Shown piece by piece: positions 57,672-64,000 of a stretch of 64,000 nucleotides of DNA. Source of the stretch: an uncultured Gammaproteobacteria bacterium. GTDB lineage: Bacteria; Patescibacteriota; Microgenomatia; Daviesbacterales; UBA10151. Within the stretch, counting starts at the first letter, position 1. Each line of letters opens with the position of its first letter. The notes under the pieces were generated by a model that saw nothing but the letters and a program-made list of their open reading frames with translations, did no database searches and was not told where the DNA came from. The DNA lies in assembly GCA_964547465.1 (NCBI GenBank), contig CAZJNI010000003.1:21334-85333 (forward strand), given 5' to 3'. Made by a program: the position numbers and the translations under genes.

Positions 57672-58763
57672 TTATAATCTTACTTCTTTTAAAGTTTGAC
57701 CAAAAGCCCCAATGGCATTAAAGCTAATTGGTACTTCATCCGTTGCAATCCCACTTATATTCACATTCAAATTAGCGCTCTTGTTTCTGGGTGTAACATA
57801 TAAGAGGAGTAAGTTAGGACTAACTCTTAGTGGCTTTTCCGGCAGATCCGGCCTTATTGCATGAATTAATCTGCCTAAATCTGCAGGATCTATTGGCTGG
57901 TGATTTTTCAGCCTTAAATGAACTGCAAGTTGCTCAGCAGTGAAATACTCCCTTTGCACCTTCATGCGGGACATATCAGAATTATCCGAGCTGATATTTT
58001 TATAATCCACAATTGTGACTATTTCTAATGACTCGCCGGTATCAGAAATTACCAGCCCATCGGGTACACTTATTCCTCTGACTCCATAATTAAAGCCATG
58101 TGGGTCTGCTACACCAAATTTATCAGGGTGAAGGTTTTGGAAAAGCAGGTCGGTTTCTTCCGGAGATAGAATGGTAGTTCTCTCATTGAAATTTCCCTGG
58201 TTGAGGAATAAATATCCCACCTCCTCCAATATTGCTGCTGAAAGATCAGTATTAAAGTTGCGATTTGGGTCATTAACACCATTCCATTTGACTATCGCAT
58301 TAAAAATTCTGCTTCGTCCTTTACTTTCAAGAAATGCCTCCAGTAACTTTTTTGTATCCCTATTTGCCTTTCTTAAAAATTCAGCTATTCTAGGTGCAAA
58401 TCTTACATGGCTGTAATCTTTGATTGGAGGGTAAAGAGGATTTAAGATAAAATTGTCCCTTAACCTTATAATTCTGTCTGCTTCTAACCTGGTGAATTTT
58501 TCATCAATACCGGGTAGAACTGCTCCTATAAGGGTTTGTTGTAATGGAATAATGACTCTGGCAAGGCGATCAAAATGCTCCTCAAGAGTAAGGTCTGTTA
58601 ATCTTAACCCCTGGGCCCATGCCGCGAAATGAGGCTTTTTTTGTATTTGTCCTTCTACCCAGCCGGCAGTAGGCAGGTTTTCAGCCATTTCCTGAAACCA
58701 GGATTTTTGTACTTTTAAGTATTCTTGCTGTTGCTTCACGGATTGTGGGGCCAGTTTTTCCAT
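57672..58763 (-). CDS. Hypothetical protein with C-terminal PD-(D/E)xK nuclease-like motif
   Basis: 'AILEEVGY...SVPDGLVI...IVTIVDYKN'. Confidence 0.65.
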   Translation of the reverse strand: MEKLAPQSVKQQQEYLKVQKSWFQEMAENLPTAGWVEGQIQKKPHFAAWAQGLRLTDLTLEEHFDRLARVIIPLQQTLIGAVLPGIDEKFTRLEADRIIRLRDNFILNPLYPPIKDYSHVRFAPRIAEFLRKANRDTKKLLEAFLESKGRSRIFNAIVKWNGVNDPNRNFNTDLSAAILEEVGYLFLNQGNFNERTTILSPEETDLLFQNLHPDKFGVADPHGFNYGVRGISVPDGLVISDTGESLEIVTIVDYKNISSDNSDMSRMKVQREYFTAEQLAVHLRLKNHQPIDPADLGRLIHAIRPDLPEKPLRVSPNLLLLYVTPRNKSANLNVNISGIATDEVPISFNAIGAFGQTLKEVRL

Positions 58764-58784
58764 AGGATTAATTTAGTTAATAAT

Positions 58785-60716
58785 TTAAGCTTGTTTGAGC
58801 TCTTTTAAGCGGTCTTGTTTTTGGGTAACTAAAGTATCTAATTGTTGTAAATCAGCTGTATGGTTGCCAGGGAGACCTAAAGATGCAGCTTCTGCTATTG
58901 TAGGTCTTGAGGCAAGTAAACTTACCAAACTTTGCTCAAGTTGGACAATTTCTTCTTGCTGTTCCGGGGAAATTTGAGTTTTAACTTCTTCAAGATAATA
59001 AGTACCTTTTTGGCCAGTATTCCTTTGCCCATACTTTAATGTCTGAATTATTTTATAGCCTGAAGGTCCAAGAAGTTTTCTTAAGCGCATTATTGCATTT
59101 TTATCTGCCTTTTCTGTGGGAACAGGATTTTCCTTTGTGGAATTTATTATCAAATCAAAAGCAACAGCTGTTAGCTGGCCCCGGATTTCTATTTCCTGGC
59201 CATCAGGCAAAGTTTTTTTAGCTTTTGTGGATCTTCCTCTATAGTCTTTAGGACTCTCATCCGCTTTAACAGGAATAATAGGGGTACCGTCCTTTATCCA
59301 TTCTGCTGTATTAACTCTAAAGGTTTTTAGGGAAGAGGTAATATCTTCTGTATTCAATATGGAGTGAATTTTATTTATTAACTTCTTTTCTTCCTCAATG
59401 CTGGTACCCATTCTTTGTCTGTACATTAATATATTTACAGCAGAAGATAATGAAAATCTTAATGTTGATTTATTAAATGGCCTACCTTTTGTGGATAGAC
59501 CTCTTAACTCTATTGCTTGTTGAAGAGTTAAGTTAGGATCTTCAATCATCCTGTTTAGTAAATTTAAAACAACCTCTTGAACTGGCTCTGCACCAAATTC
59601 CGGCTCAGGAGCTGGAGGTTTAGGTGCTCCAGCTTCTACAAGTTTAAGATAATATCCGGCTCTTTTATCTCGCCCCTCACCTTGCGTTACAGACACTAAA
59701 CTTATTTTGGAAGATACTTCTTTTATTGCTTTGCTTCTTAAGGCGTCAAGAGAATCTTTTGGATTTCGCAATTTTCTTGCATCTTCACCATAGTAAGCCT
59801 CAACCCAAGTATCATTTGTTCCAAGTGCATTTTTATTATAAGAAACAGCCACCTCCAATACCTTTCTCCGGGTTTCTATTAGATTAAATGAGTGTATGGC
59901 TTCCAATAAAGTCTGTTTTCTTATATTTTCCTCATCAGTTTCCCCTATCTTTTCAGAGTCTGAACCTTGTTCCGTTTTTCTGGGAAGAGACCAAACACCT
60001 ATTTTATCTGCTTGAGTCCCTCTTTCAAACATTCTTCCAGCCTTTTGTTCAATTCCCCAAGCTAAACGGGCAGGATCAGAGTTAACACCTGCATTTTTAA
60101 CCGTTTCCCTTAAATCTGATATAGTTATTTTTTCTCCATTTTTTCCGTAAAGAATATTCATTAATACCCATTCAGCAGCAGTTAATGGAACTTCTTTTCC
60201 GTTAGCTTTTATAGTTTTACCTTCCTTATTTAAAGTAATTTCTGGAAGGGTTTTCAATGGAGCAGCTGGAGGAGGTGATGCTTGTGGCTCAGTTGGTTTT
60301 TCTACTTTTGTTCCCAAAGCTTTAGCCAGGATAATGTCATGTGATGGTTTATCTTTTAACTCCTGAAGCTGTGAGCGGAAAGAAGCTAAAGTTTCTTCCG
60401 GTATAGCTAAACCTGATCTTTCGACACCTCTTAAATCACGCTCTTTCCGGATAAGTTCCCTGCGATAATCATTGGCAATTTGAGGAAGATGCTCTTCCAG
60501 CTGATTATCAACTAAAGAAAGGGAGGTTTTTAAACGGTCAATTGATGCTCTGACCCTGTTTTTAATACCGAATGTTCTTACTTCTCTGGGAGTAGAATCC
60601 TTAAAATCTATAGATTCAGGACCTAATCTTTTTGTAGTTTCTTCTCTTTGTCCAACTAATTTATTTAGTTGGTCTTGTCTGGCTATTAATTGTTCTACTG
60701 AAAGTTCTCTTTCCAT
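58785..60716 (-). CDS. Coiled coil plus multiple OmpR-like winged-helix domains
   Basis: 'TIKANGKEVPLTAAEWVLMNIL...ITISDL', 'RAGYYLK', 'IMRLRKLL...KGTYYLE'; TTGACA-17-TAAACT at 60729-60757 favours ATG 60716. Confidence 0.7.
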   Translation of the reverse strand: MERELSVEQLIARQDQLNKLVGQREETTKRLGPESIDFKDSTPREVRTFGIKNRVRASIDRLKTSLSLVDNQLEEHLPQIANDYRRELIRKERDLRGVERSGLAIPEETLASFRSQLQELKDKPSHDIILAKALGTKVEKPTEPQASPPPAAPLKTLPEITLNKEGKTIKANGKEVPLTAAEWVLMNILYGKNGEKITISDLRETVKNAGVNSDPARLAWGIEQKAGRMFERGTQADKIGVWSLPRKTEQGSDSEKIGETDEENIRKQTLLEAIHSFNLIETRRKVLEVAVSYNKNALGTNDTWVEAYYGEDARKLRNPKDSLDALRSKAIKEVSSKISLVSVTQGEGRDKRAGYYLKLVEAGAPKPPAPEPEFGAEPVQEVVLNLLNRMIEDPNLTLQQAIELRGLSTKGRPFNKSTLRFSLSSAVNILMYRQRMGTSIEEEKKLINKIHSILNTEDITSSLKTFRVNTAEWIKDGTPIIPVKADESPKDYRGRSTKAKKTLPDGQEIEIRGQLTAVAFDLIINSTKENPVPTEKADKNAIMRLRKLLGPSGYKIIQTLKYGQRNTGQKGTYYLEEVKTQISPEQQEEIVQLEQSLVSLLASRPTIAEAASLGLPGNHTADLQQLDTLVTQKQDRLKELKQA

Positions 60717-60773
60717 TTTTAGACCCATAGTTTACTATAAATTTTTACAGATGTCAAGTTAAAATTCTGGGAT

Positions 60774-60830
60774 TTATTTGGTCAATTTTTCTAAAGCCTC
60801 TTTGGCTGCTTTTTCTTCTGAATCTTGTTT
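60774..60830 (-). pseudogene. Displaced, diverged copy of the rnc 3' end
   Basis: Reads KQDSEEKAAKEALEKLTK* vs rnc KQEAEEKAAQEALEKLNLI*; 42/48 nt identical over the first 16 codons. Confidence 0.85.
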
Positions 60831-61510
60831 TAACCTTCTATCGCTCTTGCACTGAATCTTTTAGCCAGTTCCTTATAGAACTTTTTAAGTTGGTCTAAGC
60901 TAAAAGGTTTTAACATAACCGGTAGATTCTCAAAACCTTCAACTTTTAAGCAATCTATCGCAACCAAATAAGGATCAATTTCCATTCTGAATTTAACCCT
61001 TGTTCCTTCCATTAAATCCCAGATAGTGAAAGTTTGCAGTAAATAGTAAAGATCAACAAAATCCTTAACCTCGCTTCTCTGGCGTATTGTCTGTAGTTTA
61101 TTTACCGCAATGTCAAGCAAACTATCTATCTCCAAAGAGTCAATAGATTTCCCTTTCTTTAGCCTTTTATATGGATAATAGCCAAAATCTACTTTTAGTC
61201 TCTCCCCATCAGAAAATTGTAAATTAAAAATTTTTACTACTTCCTTATCCTCAATTGTAGTTTTAAAGTTATGTTTTTCTCCCCACTCGGCTATTAAATT
61301 TATGATTGGTAAAGTATCAAATTTTTCTTGTGAAAAAAAATCTAAATCCTCGGATAACCTGTGGTTTAGATATACCGAGGACAGAGCAGTACCACCAGTA
61401 AAGTAAAAGTTATTTTTTAAAAAATTGCTTGATCTAACCTCATTAAAGATAATTTGTTGCTTTTGGGTAAGGTGTAGCTCGTCAGTAGAAGCTTTGGTTA
61501 TTTTCCCCAT
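60830..61510 (-). CDS. AbiEii/AbiGii-family nucleotidyltransferase (type IV TA toxin-like)
   Basis: 'YFTGGTALS..YLNHRLSEDLDFF', 'DIAVNKL', 'KDFVDLY'. Confidence 0.9.
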   Translation of the reverse strand: MGKITKASTDELHLTQKQQIIFNEVRSSNFLKNNFYFTGGTALSSVYLNHRLSEDLDFFSQEKFDTLPIINLIAEWGEKHNFKTTIEDKEVVKIFNLQFSDGERLKVDFGYYPYKRLKKGKSIDSLEIDSLLDIAVNKLQTIRQRSEVKDFVDLYYLLQTFTIWDLMEGTRVKFRMEIDPYLVAIDCLKVEGFENLPVMLKPFSLDQLKKFYKELAKRFSARAIEG

Positions 61511-61698
61511 ATTAAAAGTTCCATTAGTCTTTTATTACGAGGATCAAGATGTAGTTTATCCCAATTCTTTTTAACCTCTTTTAAAGGAATCTTCTCCCCC
61601 TTATCAGGACCGTAATTGATCATTCTCTCCAAAATCAATAGTCTACCTGATTTGGTTTTTTTCAACTCATTAATATCATAGTCCCAAATAAACGGCAT
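61498..61698 (-). CDS. Small partner protein (DUF6922-like putative antitoxin)
   Basis: 'FIWDYD...ILERMINYG'; overlaps the nucleotidyltransferase start. Confidence 0.7.
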   Translation of the reverse strand: MPFIWDYDINELKKTKSGRLLILERMINYGPDKGEKIPLKEVKKNWDKLHLDPRNKRLMELLIWGK

Positions 61699-61711
61699 AT
61701 TTATGATTTTA

Positions 61712-62407
61712 TCATATTAAGTTTAGTTTTTCTAAAGCCTCTTGGGCTGCTTTTTCTTCTGCTTCCTGTTTGGAGGAACCTGTTCCTTTTCCCATTTCTT
61801 TCCCTTTAATATATACCCCTACCACAAATTCTTTTGCATGATCCGGACCTTTTGTCCCCAAAATTTTATAATGCGGAGATTCCTTTAGCTTTTCCTGGAC
61901 AATTTCCTGCAGGTTTGATTTAGCATCCCTTGGTGGACCTGATTTTAACTCACTGGCAAAAAGCTCAAAAAGGGTTTTTTCAATCACTTTCTGTACACTT
62001 ATAAGTCCCTGGTCTAAAAATATTGCCCCCAGTAGTGCCTCATATGAATTTGCCAAAAGCTGTGGATTGCTTCTGCCGCCGGATAGCTCCTCACCTTTGG
62101 AGAGTTTTAAATAATCCCCCAGCTTTAAATTCTTTGCAACCTGGGCCAGGGATTTGGTTTTAACAACATAAGCCCTTAAATTTGTCAGCTCCCCTTCTGC
62201 GTCAGTTCTTCTTAAATTATAAAGATAGTTGGAAACAACCAGCGATAAAACAGAATCACCTAAAAATTCCAGTCTTTCGTTTGAGGCCATATCTGATTTA
62301 ATTTCATTTAAATAGGATCTGTGTATAAAAGCCTGTTTTAAAAGCTCTGGATTTTTAAAATCTAAATTTAGTTTTGCAATTAGTGAACTGAAATCATCAT
62401 TTGCCAT
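61712..62407 (-). CDS. rnc: Ribonuclease III
   Basis: 'NERLEFLGDSVL', 'EALLGAIFLD', dsRBD 'GPDHAKEF...SKQEAEEKAA'. Confidence 0.97.
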   Translation of the reverse strand: MANDDFSSLIAKLNLDFKNPELLKQAFIHRSYLNEIKSDMASNERLEFLGDSVLSLVVSNYLYNLRRTDAEGELTNLRAYVVKTKSLAQVAKNLKLGDYLKLSKGEELSGGRSNPQLLANSYEALLGAIFLDQGLISVQKVIEKTLFELFASELKSGPPRDAKSNLQEIVQEKLKESPHYKILGTKGPDHAKEFVVGVYIKGKEMGKGTGSSKQEAEEKAAQEALEKLNLI

Positions 62408-62409
62408 TT

Positions 62410-62643
62410 TTACTCTAGAAGATTATCCTCAATAAGTACTATTAAATCTTCTATGCTTTGTAAAGAGTCAACATCAGCCGGCTCAATTGTGACACTAAAT
62501 TTTTGTGAAAGATAGTTTAGCAAATCATTTAACTCAATCGGGCCCAAACCTAATTCCTCCCTCAAGAGCCCATTTCTGTCTATGTCCTCTAAGGATAAAC
62601 CCAGATGATCTGCTATAGCTTGTAAAATTATTTTTTCATCCAT
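62410..62643 (-). CDS. Acyl-carrier-protein-like protein lacking the phosphopantetheine serine
   Basis: Acidic 77 aa, ACP helix pattern, located upstream of rnc; 'LGLGPIEL' in place of 'LGxDSLD'. Confidence 0.7.
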   Translation of the reverse strand: MDEKIILQAIADHLGLSLEDIDRNGLLREELGLGPIELNDLLNYLSQKFSVTIEPADVDSLQSIEDLIVLIEDNLLE

Positions 62644-62699
62644 ATTTTAATTAAGACATACTTTATTGTTTCATACAAGAACTTGTTCATTTGTATATA

Positions 62700-63062
62700 T
62701 CAAGTCTGTATTTTTTTAATTTCCACCAATCTTCCCAAGGCGCCATTAATAAATGAGCTGGATGAATCTGAACCAAACTCTTTACCCAACTCAACTGCCT
62801 CATCTATTACAACTTTTGGAGGAGTATCCTTTAAAATTAGCTCAAAGGTAGCCAGACGCAAAATAGCTAAATCAATTTTATTAATTTGCCCGATTGGTCT
62901 ATCCGGGGCGCTTTTTGCAATCAGTTTATCAATTTTAGAAATATTGGAAGTAATCTCGGCTATATCTTTTGAAACTTTGCCTTTGGGAGCAAATTGCCAG
63001 GAAAAAAGAGACTGCATCATTTGGATGCGCTTTAAGTGTCTTGGATCTTTGGCAGTTTTCAT
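62700..63062 (-). CDS. nusB: Transcription antitermination factor NusB
   Basis: '[13 protein letters not shown]...[17 protein letters not shown]...FINGALG'. Confidence 0.95.
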   Translation of the reverse strand: MKTAKDPRHLKRIQMMQSLFSWQFAPKGKVSKDIAEITSNISKIDKLIAKSAPDRPIGQINKIDLAILRLATFELILKDTPPKVVIDEAVELGKEFGSDSSSSFINGALGRLVEIKKIQT

Positions 63063-63253
63063 GCTTTGATGACTTTAACTTTTTCCCTGGTTACAGATTT
63101 GCCACCATAGAAACCACAATTGGCACAAACTATGTGTGATTTTGTGAGCTTGCCACAGTTTTTACAAGTTATGTAAGATGAAACCAGTTTAATACTGGCT
63201 CTTCTGACTCTTTTTCTATGTTTAGAATGTCTTCTTTTTGGTTCTCCAGCCAT
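63059..63253 (-). CDS. rpmF: 50S ribosomal protein L32
   Basis: '[14 protein letters not shown]', CxxC...HxxCxxCGFY. Confidence 0.95.
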   Translation of the reverse strand: MAGEPKRRHSKHRKRVRRASIKLVSSYITCKNCGKLTKSHIVCANCGFYGGKSVTREKVKVIKA

Positions 63254-63263
63254 CTTGGCTCTT

Positions 63264-63360
63264 CCCTTGTCAAAAATTGCTCATCCGCAATTTTTGCAAG
63301 CGATCTCCTTCGAACAAAACAATTCTTGATATTTTAATTGTTTTGTTCTTCAGTCCGATT
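63264..63360. repeat. Double-hairpin dispersed element, copy 2
   Basis: Homologous to 1774-1873; fills the recG-rpmF gap. Confidence 0.85.
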
Positions 63361-64000
63361 AATCAGGCATCACATTTGATGCAAGATCATGTAATTTTGC
63401 CTGCAGTAGCGGGTATTTGTCAAGTGTGGGATTATTATCTAATAATTTTCCGGCAGCAGACCTGGTTTTTTCCACCAATTCCAAATCAGAAAATGAAGCT
63501 ATTTTGAATTCAAACCTGCCGGATTGTTTAACTCCAAAAATCTCACCTGATCCTCTAATCTTTAGATCCAGCTCCGCCAGTTTTAATCCATCAAATGTTG
63601 TTTCCATATATTTTAATCTTCTTCTATCAGCAGATGGATCAGATGTGTAAAGCAAACAATAGGAGGTTTTTACTCCTCTTCCAATCCTGCCGCGCAGCTG
63701 ATGAAGCTGGGATAAGCCGAACCTTTCAGCGCCTTCGATCACCATAATTGTGGCATTAGGGATATCCATTCCCACCTCCACCACAGAAGTGGATACTAAA
63801 ATCTGGACTTCTCCTGCTTTAAATTCTTTTAAAACTTGTTCTTTATCCCTGGATTTCATTCTTCCGTGAAGTAAGCTTAACTTAAGATTTGTAAATATTT
63901 TCTTTAACCTTTCATACTCCACTTTGACTGCCTTTACCGTAGTTAATGTTTCTGATGGTTCAATAAATGGAGTGATAATATATGCCTGATCTCCCATCTT
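63359..64000 (-). CDS. recG: ATP-dependent DNA helicase RecG, 3' part (runs off the window end)
   Basis: 'LLHGRMK', 'STSVVEVGMDIPNAT', 'AERFGLSQLHQLRGRIGRG', 'DLKIRGSGE'. Confidence 0.95.
   Translation of the reverse strand, partial: KMGDQAYIITPFIEPSETLTTVKAVKVEYERLKKIFTNLKLSLLHGRMKSRDKEQVLKEFKAGEVQILVSTSVVEVGMDIPNATIMVIEGAERFGLSQLHQLRGRIGRGVKTSYCLLYTSDPSADRRRLKYMETTFDGLKLAELDLKIRGSGEIFGVKQSGRFEFKIASFSDLELVEKTRSAAGKLLDNNPTLDKYPLLQAKLHDLASNVMPD

Overview
Window from a low-GC bacterium using the standard genetic code (TGA is used as a stop). Gene content points to Patescibacteria/CPR, probably Microgenomates; this is an inference from the pilus locus lacking PilP/PilQ, the cohesin/dockerin surface proteins and the many leaderless genes. 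The core backbone is ruvC (partial), a Xer-type recombinase, a P-type ATPase, gyrA, def, a femX-degT-murF-murD-murI-murC cell-wall cluster, gyrB, holB, a 16-kb type IV pilus locus, trmD-khpA-rpsP and rnc-acp-nusB-rpmF-recG (partial). Overlaid on it are: (1) two RAYT-type HUH transposases flanked by REP-like palindromes with a fixed geometry (15-nt hairpin, 6-7 nt spacer, TTGAC/TTGGC, partial repeat of the hairpin), which recurs in several sequence families inserted in frame into degT, murD, murC, def and holB and also supplies the -35 box of both RAYT promoters; (2) two insertions that left a diverged, displaced copy of the host gene 3' end (xer and rnc); (3) a ~100-nt double-hairpin element present twice, 61 kb apart, with compensatory substitutions; (4) a dif-like site plus two half-sites bordering orphan genes; (5) a four-gene cluster of large orphans sharing shuffled domains (winged helices, a PD-(D/E)xK nuclease fold); (6) a cohesin-dockerin surface operon; (7) heptamer tandem repeats in leader peptides and operon junctions. 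No rRNA, tRNA or CRISPR array was recognised. All functional calls come from motif recognition by eye, not from database searches.
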